DNA from: Methanomassiliicoccales archaeon | Lineage (GTDB): Archaea > Thermoplasmatota > Thermoplasmata > SG8-5 | Direction of reading: 5' to 3' | Assembly: GCA_030612505.1 (NCBI GenBank) | Contig: JAUWNU010000002.1 | Location: forward strand, 1-53,787 | Length of the DNA: 53,787 bases | In this document: positions 1 to 10,579 of the stretch, piece by piece | Layout: every line of letters begins with the position of its first letter | Numbering within the stretch: the stretch's first letter is position 1 | Position numbers and translations under genes: made by a program | Notes under the pieces: model-generated | The model's database searches: none | What the model saw: the letters and a program-made list of their open reading frames with translations, nothing else | Told to the model about the DNA's origin: nothing

Positions 1-140
1 TAAAACATCACAACCAGAACGGAAAATGGGAAAAATATTCTCCAGCCAGAGAACAAGGATTGACAAATCATAACTGGACAATGCGAGAATTATTGACATT
101 TCCTTATCACCAAATATCAACCAATTAGGGGGGCACTACC
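1..140 (+). mobile_element. Right end of an IS1-family-like insertion sequence (transposase C-terminus 3..128 plus terminal inverted repeat ending at 140)
   Basis: Frame from 3 reads KHHNQNGKWEKYSPAREQGLTNHNWTMRELLTFPYHQISTN*, resembling the PA-x-x-x-GLT-x-H-x-W-x-x-x-ELL C-terminus of archaeal IS1-like transposases. It is followed by GGGGGCACTACC (reverse complement GGTAGTGCCCCC, an IS1-type terminus). Confidence 0.75.
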
Positions 141-956
141 TGATTTTTCTAAAAATGCGTTTTGCAGTAGAAAACCAAAATTACCATTTTTATATTCATT
201 CTTTTTGGCATGTGTTACCAGTGCCGAATCGAAATTGCTCCCAAGCGGTTTTTCCATTATCGTTCTCAAATTCTTTTTTTGCATTGAGATAAATTCCATG
301 GCCGAGATAGAATATCTCTCAAAATTCTTTTCAATATAATCAACCAAATTTTGCTTTGCTATACCTGGATCAAATTCATCTTTATTGTATACCTGGACAA
401 ACAATCCCGGATGTTCTATGTGTCTAAATGTAGGTACTATAGCAATACTGGAGATCCTATCATAATTTTCATTGTTATCAAATGCCTCAGTAGCACTACC
501 TCCGACCTTAGAGAAAACAATAATTGGCCATATCATATTTTTATTTGGAATACAATGTTTAATGATATCGATTGCTGTAATACTGCCTCCTTTCAATTGA
601 TAATCTATAATTGGGAAATCTGATAATGAAATCATTTCTATAATCATATCTTTTTCAACTAATTCATCATTTTCATCTAGTGCCCCATTAAAGAAAAGTG
701 GTAATGGAGTAATTCCTTCTGCTTTAAATCTCCCTAACCATTTTCCAAATTCTATAAGGTCTGGGGAATCCTTTACTGAATCTTTTTTCTTTTTAATTTT
801 TTTCTTAGATTTTGGTTTTGCTGGGGGTTTTCCTGACTTAGTTTCAGCTTCAATAGGAGTAACTTCAGCGGGAATGTCCAATACGTCATAGCAATCGTCT
901 ATGATTACGGCATTTACAAGAATATCGTTTATTCTTTGTTCTAGATCCGTAGTCAT
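117..956 (-). pseudogene. Response-regulator receiver-domain protein of the methylase/MORC-kinase operon, truncated by IS insertion at 140/141
   Basis: AVIIDD and IIDYQL receiver-like motifs; overlaps the stop of the upstream histidine-kinase gene; the last 7 codons (GSAPLIG*) come from the IS end. Confidence 0.7.
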
Positions 957-3900
957 TCATTCATCACCAAATCCTCTTTGAAAACCGAAATTTTAAATTT
1001 TGGCCCCCCTAATCCTTGTGAATCTTTCCGCGTTTCAAGAGTTAAATCCCAGTCAATTGCCTTAAGAATTTCCTTTGATAGGTATAATCCTAATCCTCGG
1101 CCATTTTCTTTAGTTGAGAAAAATGGACTGAACAATAAATGTTCTGATTCCGCCCTAATTTCAGGGCCAGAATTTGATATAAACAAGTTAGAATTATCAT
1201 ATTCTATGCGAATTATTTTTTCTTTCGCTAATAGAACCCAATAAAACATATTGTCTAAGATATTACATATTACTGGAAAGAATCGACTTAATGATGTAAT
1301 CACATTCAAATCTTCAGGAACATCAATTATCACGGTAATTTTATTCCTTTTCATTCGAGGTTCAAACATCCTTATAATATCTTGTAGTGTATGATTAAGA
1401 TTTATGGGTTCACGATGACTATGCCTACTTTTATGAAGAGGTTCCAGAGCCATCAATCGAGTAGAAACAGCTCTAATTCCAGAATCTAGAACTTTCAACC
1501 AATGTTCACCATACTCGTCCATCTCATATTCATTCAATTCACGAATCGCATCTCTGATGATAATTATGTATTGTGAAAATTCATGAGTCATTATATCAGA
1601 GGTTAGGCCGATATTCGCCAATTCATATAATTCATCATTCCTTCTTGCTTGCTCCATATAAATAAGGCTGTTTTCATCATAAGTCTCTTTACTAAGATTA
1701 TCATCAATTGGTATTGAATATAACGATTTATTGAAGGCCATGTTAGTTTTATCTAAATGTTTTTCTACCTCTTTTTGTAAGTTCTGCAAATCTTTATTCA
1801 ATGATTCAACATGAGATGGGATTTCATTACTATCTATGCCCCTCTTCATAACTGTTTCTAATTCAGATATTCTACCTTTTAAAACTTCTATTTTCTCATC
1901 TAAATTATCATATTCCAATATTTTCAAAATATCCTCTTTGTTTTTATCTACATACTCATCGAAATTATTAATATGATTTTCTATAGTTTCATTATTTATT
2001 TCAAGTTTCTGGCTTGCTTTAAACAATAACTCATTTGCATCTTTGAGTCGTTGTTTTGATAACTTAATATTAGCTTCATTTGAAGTCAATCTTTTCTTTA
2101 GTTCAGAATCTAGTATCTTTAATAATTTGTTAATCTCTTTTAGAGTTTTTTTGTATATTTTTTCCATTTCAGTGTTATAATTTTCAACTTTATTTCTGAA
2201 TTTAATACCACCGTATTTAATGACCGAATCCGGAGGAATTAAAGGCTCTTTAGCAACTGTCACAATTTCTTCTTTCAGATTGTTAAGTTCTTTTTCCAGA
2301 GAATTTATCCCTATAATGTTATTTTCTTCAGAAATAGAGCGAGCTCTGTTTAGTATGCTGAAATATCCTAAATTTTCGAGCAATTCATCAGCATCAAACA
2401 CATCAATTATTTCTTCGTATTCCTTTTTCTTCTTTTTTAATTTTTCTCTTTCTTTTTTTTGTTTTTTCTCTAATGCCTCTTTTTGTTTTTTTATTCGGCT
2501 TCTTTCATCAGTACTCACTGTACGTAATTCAAAACCATCTTTCAAAAAGAGTCTTGCCATTTTCATGAGGAGATCTGTACAGGTTCCCTGGAGATAATTA
2601 TAATATTCATTTTCAATGAATCCTTCTCGACTGGTTTTTTCTTCTAATTTATAGTTCAAATCTCTTTGAAGAAATATTCTACCAAACGAGTTTCTGTGGC
2701 TAAAAATCCAAGTTCCTGCTTTTAAAGTCCGCCTTTTTTCAATGCCTAAAAAATCATTTTCAGGTTCACCATATGGTAAAATTCTAGAACTATCTATATA
2801 AACACGGATGCCTCCTTTCTCTAATCCCCTTCTTGAAATCAAACTTTGGATTTCATTCCATTCGTCTTTATTGAGATTTGTTTCGAATTCTCTACCCTCA
2901 ACATGACAAACTTCGATTTCAAAAGATCCACAATCTGAATACCTTTTCTGACCAAATTGATCCATTAATGGAAGTCCGTTTTTCAAAATTTTATTAACTG
3001 GCTCAATTAATTTATTGGGAACTCCTCTCATGAATAATTGGCCTTTGAATTTAGTGACACCATCATCATCCATTGCAATCGTGCCTTTGAATTTAATATC
3101 ATACATTTCCTCATAGTGTATTTCTTCTAAATCTTTTTCAATAAAGGGTTTTAAGTCATCTCCTTTACAATATAGTCTTGATTCGATATCTTGATTATTT
3201 AGAAGCCACATAAGTGTTTTTGAGAATCTAGACAAGGTTTGTTCATTGATAGGAAGAGTCAGATCCCAATTTGTTCTTAGAGAAGCAATATATAAAATTG
3301 TGCCAGTCTTATCCTTGCTCCATTCAATTTCTTTAATCAAATCTAATAATAGTTTGTAATTTGGTTTGAAATTATTAATCTCAATGAAAACGTTGTTAAA
3401 AAGATCAAATTGATCATCGAGAATATATTTATTCATTCTTTTAGCCTCTACAAACGGTACCCTATTTGCTTCCTGATAGTCCCTAAAATAATCTACAAGT
3501 TTATGGTCGGATTTATTTTTAGCACTAGTGAACCAACCATCTAATGCCAGATTGGATAGTTGAGCACCGACTAATTCTTCTACCAGATTATTAATGTTAG
3601 ATTTGTTAATAAATGGGACATGCTTATAAGGTATGGATACGTTTTCAAGTAAGAGATTTGGGTTTTGAAATAATCCCCAATTAATGTAGCTAATTACCCA
3701 ATGAGAATCTTTGGTTCTAGATATTATTAACAAATCTTCGCCTAAAGCATCAACTGCTAATCGACCTACACCTTTAGCACCTAACATTGGCCTACCTTTG
3801 GCAGTAGTTTTTCTGTTTTTTTTATTTGTAGTTCCAAGTACTAACCATTTGTCTAGGAAATCATCCTTTGACATTCCACTGCCGTGATCTGCCAAAACTA

Positions 3901-4069
3901 TGGCATCGTTCTCATTTTCTCCTGTTCCAAAATGCATTTCTAAATAGGGTGAATCAGCATCATGGGAGTTTTTCACCAGCTCGTTTATTGCAGTAACACC
4001 GTCTCTTATCTGCTGCCTGCCCAACAGTTCAATAGTTCGGGCTTTTGATGAGAAGGAATGAAGTGCTAT
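953..4069 (-). CDS. GHKL (MORC/HSP90-like) ATPase fused via a coiled coil to a C-terminal histidine kinase
   Basis: N-terminal ELVKNSHDAD, DHGSGM, GAKGVGR; central charged coiled coil; C-terminal THEF, NILDN, NSGP, FFSTKENGRGLGL. The frame extends 15 codons upstream of the TTG at 4024 (…FSSKARTIELLGRQQI) to an ATA at 4069 behind GGAGGT. Confidence 0.88.
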   Translation of the reverse strand: MALHSFSSKARTIELLGRQQIRDGVTAINELVKNSHDADSPYLEMHFGTGENENDAIVLADHGSGMSKDDFLDKWLVLGTTNKKNRKTTAKGRPMLGAKGVGRLAVDALGEDLLIISRTKDSHWVISYINWGLFQNPNLLLENVSIPYKHVPFINKSNINNLVEELVGAQLSNLALDGWFTSAKNKSDHKLVDYFRDYQEANRVPFVEAKRMNKYILDDQFDLFNNVFIEINNFKPNYKLLLDLIKEIEWSKDKTGTILYIASLRTNWDLTLPINEQTLSRFSKTLMWLLNNQDIESRLYCKGDDLKPFIEKDLEEIHYEEMYDIKFKGTIAMDDDGVTKFKGQLFMRGVPNKLIEPVNKILKNGLPLMDQFGQKRYSDCGSFEIEVCHVEGREFETNLNKDEWNEIQSLISRRGLEKGGIRVYIDSSRILPYGEPENDFLGIEKRRTLKAGTWIFSHRNSFGRIFLQRDLNYKLEEKTSREGFIENEYYNYLQGTCTDLLMKMARLFLKDGFELRTVSTDERSRIKKQKEALEKKQKKEREKLKKKKKEYEEIIDVFDADELLENLGYFSILNRARSISEENNIIGINSLEKELNNLKEEIVTVAKEPLIPPDSVIKYGGIKFRNKVENYNTEMEKIYKKTLKEINKLLKILDSELKKRLTSNEANIKLSKQRLKDANELLFKASQKLEINNETIENHINNFDEYVDKNKEDILKILEYDNLDEKIEVLKGRISELETVMKRGIDSNEIPSHVESLNKDLQNLQKEVEKHLDKTNMAFNKSLYSIPIDDNLSKETYDENSLIYMEQARRNDELYELANIGLTSDIMTHEFSQYIIIIRDAIRELNEYEMDEYGEHWLKVLDSGIRAVSTRLMALEPLHKSRHSHREPINLNHTLQDIIRMFEPRMKRNKITVIIDVPEDLNVITSLSRFFPVICNILDNMFYWVLLAKEKIIRIEYDNSNLFISNSGPEIRAESEHLLFSPFFSTKENGRGLGLYLSKEILKAIDWDLTLETRKDSQGLGGPKFKISVFKEDLVMNE

Positions 4070-5217
4070 ACAGATACCTCCACAGGTTTTTCTTCAGGTA
4101 TTATTACTTCATTAATTTGGGGCGAATATTCATCTAAAGCTTGTATTACAGTGTTAAAAACATCAACACCTAATCTTATTGGTACGGCATTACCTATCTG
4201 CCTGCCAGACGCCATCAAGCCGCCTTCAAAAATAAAATCATCGGGAAATGTTTGAAATCGAGCTGCGTGTCTAATTGTAATCCCATGATTTTTTGTGGGA
4301 TGAACAAACCGGCCTTTTGATGGATTTATGCAGCCAGTCGTAATTGTTGGACCCGGCTTTCTGGGATCAATCCGCCCATATACATCAAGATGTCCTCTAT
4401 AATTTTCATGACAGGGAAGAGTTCTATTTGATTGCAATCGGCTTCCGCCGTTTTTTGGTGTGCTTTTGAAAACCTCTATTATTCTTTCAGTATGGTTCAT
4501 ATGATTTAAGTTTGGGTCTTTTTTAGAAAGAGGTTTAAACACCACTTTGGCGTTAATCCATGCTGTTTTTTCATCCTTTTTCACCTCTTCTGATTTTGGG
4601 TTGTAATGAGTCGGCTGTGGTGGCCAGTCTAATTTTAATGGAAGGCTAGAAGATATGCCGATAATGAATACTCGCTCACGATTTTGGGGCACGCCATAAT
4701 CTTTTGCATTGAGGAGTGTAGGCCCATAAACACTGTATCCAGATTTTTTAGCCAGTTTTAGAAATTTGTTTAGATAATCAGCATGGCGAGGCCACAAAAG
4801 GCCAGACACGTTCTCTATAACGAAAACCTTTGGCTCTATAATTTTTACAAAATCAAAATATTTGATTATCAGAGTATTTCGAGGATCATCCACGCCTGCA
4901 CCTTTTATTCGGTGTGTAGAAAACCCCTGACATGGTGGGCCACCCATTAACACATCACATTCGCCAGGAAGCATGTCTGCGAGTTTCAGTAATTTATAAG
5001 GGTCAACTTCATTGATGTCATCTTCAATAAGTTCAGGTGGATTTTCCTGGCCATAAATAAAGTTTCTTCGATAAGTTTCGCAGGCATGTCTATCAAATTC
5101 AATGGCGGCCTTTACATGGATACCTACTTCTTTAGCAGCTAGGGTGAAGCCTCCTGCTCCTGCAAACAAATCGATTCCAGTGTAATAGCCATTCTTCACC
5201 TTCTTCCCTCCATTCAA
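4066..5217 (-). CDS. DNA (cytosine-5)-methyltransferase
   Basis: Motifs DLFAGAGG, GGPPCQGFS, ENV, QNRER, RFQTFPD, QIGNAVP. Confidence 0.97.
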   Translation of the reverse strand: MNGGKKVKNGYYTGIDLFAGAGGFTLAAKEVGIHVKAAIEFDRHACETYRRNFIYGQENPPELIEDDINEVDPYKLLKLADMLPGECDVLMGGPPCQGFSTHRIKGAGVDDPRNTLIIKYFDFVKIIEPKVFVIENVSGLLWPRHADYLNKFLKLAKKSGYSVYGPTLLNAKDYGVPQNRERVFIIGISSSLPLKLDWPPQPTHYNPKSEEVKKDEKTAWINAKVVFKPLSKKDPNLNHMNHTERIIEVFKSTPKNGGSRLQSNRTLPCHENYRGHLDVYGRIDPRKPGPTITTGCINPSKGRFVHPTKNHGITIRHAARFQTFPDDFIFEGGLMASGRQIGNAVPIRLGVDVFNTVIQALDEYSPQINEVIIPEEKPVEVSV

Positions 5218-5652
5218 TCTGACATCTGATTATATATTATATTAATCTTATGATGGCCACATCTTTAAACTCCTTTATTATAATTTCCTTACGTTCACTA
5301 CACTATCGCTTCCACAGGCACGTTAGGGATAATAAATCTCAACCTGCCAGTCTTACAATTGCCCTATTTCCCTCTCTCGACAATTCCGAAATCACACAAC
5401 CTTTTTAGATTACTTCACAACCGAATTTTCCCCAATGGCTTTCACTGGCTTCGCAATCTGAGATCTCGATATTCTGGATGTCCTAGAAAGTGACATGAGC
5501 CTCTTTTCTCAAAAAGAAAGCTTGCTCTAAATAGAGTTAAATATCTGATTGAGAATATGAAAAATGGGAAAATTGCGATAAAGAAAATAAATGGTGAGAA
5601 TAATTGACAGATAACTATACCGAATATTACCAAAAAACAGGATTGATAACTA

Positions 5653-6930
5653 ATGAGTGAATTTGATAATTACATCGAATTGTTCAATAACTGGAAAATA
5701 ATTTCAGACACTAAAAAGAAGACATGCTGTAATTTTATCATTGAAACATCACAAGCGAGAGAGCTATCAATGGAAGAAATAGAATTGATTGCAAACGGTC
5801 TCGCCAAAAGTGGTTCTGCCTGGAAATGGCCAAACGATGTCCAACCAATAACAGATGTATGCTCTACTGGAGGGTCTGGATCAATGACAACGTTATTGTG
5901 CCCATATCTTATAGCAACTCAGAAAATTAAGATTCCACAGGTAAGTGTACTAGGGTCTATAGCGGGAGCTATTGACACATTAGGAATCATTCCGGACTAT
6001 TCCTATCAGTTGTCTCATAAGGCTATGTTGAAAGCACTTAGGACCGCTGGAATCGGGCATACATTAAATACTCCCGATATGGCCCCTGCGGATTTATTCC
6101 TTTTTAACCAACGGAAGGCACAAAATGCAGTGAATCTACCTGATTTAGTTATTTCAAGTTTATTAGCAAAAAAAATTAGTTCTGGACTTACAAAGGTTCT
6201 TTTCGATGTCCGAGTAGGTCCAGTTGGAAACTTTGGGACTACTATCGAGGAAGCCGAGCAGAATTGCAGAAAATTGATACAAGTCGGTAGAAATATTGGA
6301 ATTGATTGTACATGTGTTCTAACTAATCATGATACCGCGCCAATTCCTCTTTTTGGGAGATTGGAGAGTCTAAATGTATTATGGTCTGTAGCCAATGGAA
6401 TTGATTTAGATGCCTGGACCTTAAGCCATATTGAAACCAATATTGATATTGCAGCTATTGCATGCGAATCCATAAAAGGGGGTAGTATTAGAGGTTGGAC
6501 CGAGTCAATTCGAAAATCTATTCTAAACGGCGATGTTTTTGATTTAATAAGATATAATTTAAATAGTCAAGGAAGTAGCATAGAAAGTTTGGAAATGCTC
6601 ATAACTAAATATAATAAAACAAAAAAATATGCGATATATTCTCCTTCTGACGGTTATATTAATAGATTTGATTTTGTTAATCTCCGGAACATATTCCAAC
6701 AAGCTTATTTTGAATCCCCCATAATTAGTGGCTTCGATTCACCATTAGGAATAATCCTTAAAGTACGTGAAGGTGTTGAAGTTCATAAAGGTGATTTAAT
6801 AATGGAGTTAAGGGTCAATAATAAAGAACTTTTAAAACATACCGAAGAACTTAAAAAGGTTGTACTCATAGATAAAAAGGCAAAATCCCCCCCTCAAAAA
6901 AAGATTTTCAAGGTGATAAAAAATGGATGA
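5653..6930 (+). CDS. Divergent thymidine/pyrimidine-nucleoside phosphorylase-family protein
   Basis: TDVCSTGG, APAD, SSLLAKK, FDVRVGPVG, C-terminal GIILKVREGVEVHKGD match the TP/PyNP fold; several active-site positions are altered. Confidence 0.8.
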   Translation: MSEFDNYIELFNNWKIISDTKKKTCCNFIIETSQARELSMEEIELIANGLAKSGSAWKWPNDVQPITDVCSTGGSGSMTTLLCPYLIATQKIKIPQVSVLGSIAGAIDTLGIIPDYSYQLSHKAMLKALRTAGIGHTLNTPDMAPADLFLFNQRKAQNAVNLPDLVISSLLAKKISSGLTKVLFDVRVGPVGNFGTTIEEAEQNCRKLIQVGRNIGIDCTCVLTNHDTAPIPLFGRLESLNVLWSVANGIDLDAWTLSHIETNIDIAAIACESIKGGSIRGWTESIRKSILNGDVFDLIRYNLNSQGSSIESLEMLITKYNKTKKYAIYSPSDGYINRFDFVNLRNIFQQAYFESPIISGFDSPLGIILKVREGVEVHKGDLIMELRVNNKELLKHTEELKKVVLIDKKAKSPPQKKIFKVIKNG

Positions 6931-9900
6931 ACCTAATTATTCTTGCTTTCTGCACCCTCGCATTAGATCACAAGATCATCCAGATATTTGTCCAGAGTGC
7001 GGAAAATCATACACCGCTCCATTAGATGAGCCTCCTAAGTCGATAAAGGGAATGAATGTCATTAAATCTCTTGACAGGGGCTTCTATGGCGTGACATATC
7101 TCGTTAAGAATCCTATTACTCAAGGATTATTTACCATGAAAGTGATTCCAAAAAAAACTTATTCGAAAGAAGAAGGTTACAACAAAGATTTCAACCAAGA
7201 GATACAAAATCATAAAAAAGCTTCCGATAAAGAAATGACTGTTCCAAAACTCATTGATGCAGGAGAATGTGAGCTAGAAATTAGTGATTATACAATAAAT
7301 TGTTATTTTATGCAACTAGAATACATAGAAGGAGTCAGTCTTGAAGAATTCAAAAATTCGGGTGTGATTTCAGCCACTAGAATTTCTCAGGTCGCATATG
7401 ATTTATTTGAATTTCTATGGCAATTAGAAAAAGAGATGTTACATCACAACGATCTTCATAGTAGAAATATTGTAATCAAAACAGACTCTGTTGAATTTGG
7501 TAGAATAAATGCATTGGATAAAACTATTAGAACTTATGTAATTGATTTAGGTTCTGTCAGTGATAAGAATAGATCCGGTTGCGAGCATTATCGTGATATT
7601 ACCTGGATTGTACAACATGTCGGAGATATGATTTTCACATATTTGAAAAGAAATGATATTCCAGATAAAGAACTAAGGGTATTATCACGCCTTAATTCTT
7701 TAGTTCAACATTGTTTAGGAGAAGAGTATATAAGGGAAATTACACCAGAGGATTACTGTAATCAGATTAGAGATATCGTTAAACAAGGTGAAAATCCCTG
7801 GGCTCAACCTAAAGAATTAGTGACTCCAGGTGATCATTATAACGCTCAAACAATGCCCACGTATTATGCATCACACCTTTTTTGTGATCCTGAAAATAAA
7901 TGGTTTAACAATTTGATAAAACCTGGTCCGATACTTTTGACAGGGATGAGAGGATGCGGAAAAACTATATTGTTAAAATCGGTTCATTTTTTAGCCAGGG
8001 CGCAAAAATGTGAGGGAGAAGATACAGAAAAGTTCCTAAAGAGATTGGAAAATGAAAAGCATGTTGCATTTTTCGTTTCTTGTTCAGCTTTGTTAACGGA
8101 TCCAAAGAGCAAAAAATTGCACTTTCCTAATCATAAGCTCATTCTTGCTTTTTCATTGGATTTCATAAGGTGTGTTCGTTTTTGTGAATTAGAAAAAATC
8201 GGAGAAATTAATTATAAACAACTCGAACACCTTTGTAATACGCTGAAATTACTTATTCCATGGTTTGAGAAACCCTCTAATATTAACGATACTAATGCTA
8301 TTGAAAGGAGCATTGAAAAAGCAATTTTAAGAGCAAGGAGTATTAAGGATAATGAAGCAAGTGAACTCAATGTTCATAAAGATTTTGATAGGTTAGCTTC
8401 AATTATCCAAAGTTCTATAGATATCTGGAATAACAAACATATATTGTTTTTACTTGATGACGTTTCAGATCGTTACCTTCGTCAAGACAATGTAGATGAA
8501 GTTTTGAGTCAACTATGTCATCAAGCATCCAGATTTTCCTTTAAAATATCAACAGAAACACCTTCTCTAAGATTGAGGACTGGTGGTGGAGAATTTAGTC
8601 GTCTTGATAGGGACTATGAAGAATTTGATTTAGGAAATGAAGTTATGCAGGAATTGAAACATTCAAATTCAACATTTGTAGAGGATATGTTAAGAAAACG
8701 ATTAGATATCACCCCTCAATATAAGGGTTTATCTCCAAAATATATTTTAGATCAACAACCACTAATCGAAGTCGCTAGGAATTTAGTGACGAGATCTGGT
8801 AAACGAAGAGGAAGTTATTGGGGCATCAATGTCCTAGGAACCTTATCTACGGGTGATATTGGGGATTCCATTCTAATGTTTCATCGCATGCTTCAAAAGA
8901 TGACTCCAACAGATAATTCTGTCTCTAGAGAAGATCAAGATTCTGTTATATTCGATTTTTCTGAAAGAAAATTACGAAAACTTGCAATTCAAGACAAATG
9001 GCTTTATGACCATGCTATAGCGTTTGCCCAGGCGAGTCAATTGGAACTTAGAAAAAGTTATTCCCCTGAGCGGGGGAAACAACAAAGGATAAGACAATAT
9101 AACGAGGTATTTTTGAAGGTTGATCCAGAAGGGGCAGATGATATATTCGATAAGATTAATAGATTGGTGGAAATGGGTATATTTATTTATGCGGGAGGGA
9201 CACCTCGTTCTAAAGGACCAAAGCAAAAAGCCTCCTTATATCTCAAGCTAGCTTATCGAAAGATACTGGGAGTGACCAACCTCATGCCAATAAGTTTCAT
9301 GGATAGATTCGAGATATCTGGAGATAACCTTATCAGCTGGCTTAACAATCCAACGGCCAATAAACTTAGAAAGACAGTTGGTGCAAAACAAATTGAAATG
9401 GATAAAGTAACATTGAAAGTAATTGAGGAAACTGACTGGATAGAACAGGATGAAAAAATCATTATAGAACATAAACTAGTAATGGATAAATCAACTCAAT
9501 CTAGATTGTTATTATACAATAAACCCGAAGAAACTGCCTCTATGATCAAATGTAAATTACCTTTCACAATTGAGACAGAAACTCTTCGTTCTCTCAAGAA
9601 AACCGATATAAAAAATAAACACATAATTGGGGCCCTCGGTTTTGAAGATAGAAGCATAGGAACATGGAAGAATATATTGTCTATTGATAAACCAAGTGGG
9701 GTGACCTTCATTGGCTATAAAATAAAAGGATTTAGTGATGAAATATGTGACCTTCTTGAGAAGGAATCTATTCCCTTTGATATCGTTAATTATGACGATA
9801 TATTTTGTTTTAAAGAAAATGAGATAGATAAAGAAAAGATTAAGAATTTTGTAAAAGAACTTCCAACTAATGACATAATATTAGATGTGACTTCTCTGAC

Positions 9901-10579
9901 TAAGCCTTTGATTTTTCTTCTTACTTTTGAAATTCTTAGGCGAAATGGAAGGCTTAATGTAATTCACACTCTCGCGGATGAATATTTACCGAATTCTAAT
10001 GAGGTTTCTGAGGTCTTGAGTCTGTTAGAGGAAGAAGATGCACCCATATTTTTTAAAAAGGCAGACGAATTAATACCTGGCGAATATCCCGAAGAGAGGA
10101 TAACAATCTGGCAGAATAGAGACCCTTGCTCAAATGTCTATTTAATATGCTTCATTTCATTGAAATACTCTAGAGTTCAGAAACTCTTAGAAGAATTGCC
10201 CGTTGATTGTCTTGATATAATTTATCCACTGAGTTTAGATGGAAAAGATTCAGCAAAGAGCAAATTCGCAGAAGAAATAGCAAATACATTTGTTCATGAG
10301 ACGGGGAATATATGGGCTACAGGGTCTAACGATCATGTAGAAGCCTTTCAAAAATTGAAAGAGCTCTATACTAAATATGCGTTAGAAGCAGGAAATAATG
10401 TTGAAATTGGCCTTACAGGTGTAAAAATACACATGGTTGCTGCAGGGATGTTAGCGTCAATTGCAAACATTTCTGGGGTATATTACACACCAGCTAGTTT
10501 TGATCCCGAGAAGTATACCAAGGGCACAGGAAAGACTAATTTTACAACAATAGAAATAAATAAATATAATCCTTATTAA
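6923..10579 (+). CDS. Multidomain protein: Zn-finger + protein-kinase-like domain + P-loop ATPase + C-terminal Rossmann-like region
   Basis: CxxH…CPECG; RGFYGVTY, MKVI, EYIEG, HHNDLHSRN, IDLG; Walker A GMRGCGKT, Walker B FLLDD; C-terminal ALGFEDRS and LDVTSLTKP. Start overlaps the upstream stop. Confidence 0.8.
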   Translation: MDEPNYSCFLHPRIRSQDHPDICPECGKSYTAPLDEPPKSIKGMNVIKSLDRGFYGVTYLVKNPITQGLFTMKVIPKKTYSKEEGYNKDFNQEIQNHKKASDKEMTVPKLIDAGECELEISDYTINCYFMQLEYIEGVSLEEFKNSGVISATRISQVAYDLFEFLWQLEKEMLHHNDLHSRNIVIKTDSVEFGRINALDKTIRTYVIDLGSVSDKNRSGCEHYRDITWIVQHVGDMIFTYLKRNDIPDKELRVLSRLNSLVQHCLGEEYIREITPEDYCNQIRDIVKQGENPWAQPKELVTPGDHYNAQTMPTYYASHLFCDPENKWFNNLIKPGPILLTGMRGCGKTILLKSVHFLARAQKCEGEDTEKFLKRLENEKHVAFFVSCSALLTDPKSKKLHFPNHKLILAFSLDFIRCVRFCELEKIGEINYKQLEHLCNTLKLLIPWFEKPSNINDTNAIERSIEKAILRARSIKDNEASELNVHKDFDRLASIIQSSIDIWNNKHILFLLDDVSDRYLRQDNVDEVLSQLCHQASRFSFKISTETPSLRLRTGGGEFSRLDRDYEEFDLGNEVMQELKHSNSTFVEDMLRKRLDITPQYKGLSPKYILDQQPLIEVARNLVTRSGKRRGSYWGINVLGTLSTGDIGDSILMFHRMLQKMTPTDNSVSREDQDSVIFDFSERKLRKLAIQDKWLYDHAIAFAQASQLELRKSYSPERGKQQRIRQYNEVFLKVDPEGADDIFDKINRLVEMGIFIYAGGTPRSKGPKQKASLYLKLAYRKILGVTNLMPISFMDRFEISGDNLISWLNNPTANKLRKTVGAKQIEMDKVTLKVIEETDWIEQDEKIIIEHKLVMDKSTQSRLLLYNKPEETASMIKCKLPFTIETETLRSLKKTDIKNKHIIGALGFEDRSIGTWKNILSIDKPSGVTFIGYKIKGFSDEICDLLEKESIPFDIVNYDDIFCFKENEIDKEKIKNFVKELPTNDIILDVTSLTKPLIFLLTFEILRRNGRLNVIHTLADEYLPNSNEVSEVLSLLEEEDAPIFFKKADELIPGEYPEERITIWQNRDPCSNVYLICFISLKYSRVQKLLEELPVDCLDIIYPLSLDGKDSAKSKFAEEIANTFVHETGNIWATGSNDHVEAFQKLKELYTKYALEAGNNVEIGLTGVKIHMVAAGMLASIANISGVYYTPASFDPEKYTKGTGKTNFTTIEINKYNPY

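Noticed and set aside
5653..6930. Ordinary housekeeping thymidine/AMP phosphorylase
   Set aside because: Altered active-site loop, AT-rich island context, coupling to a kinase-ATPase, and a canonical AMP phosphorylase already present at 28853.
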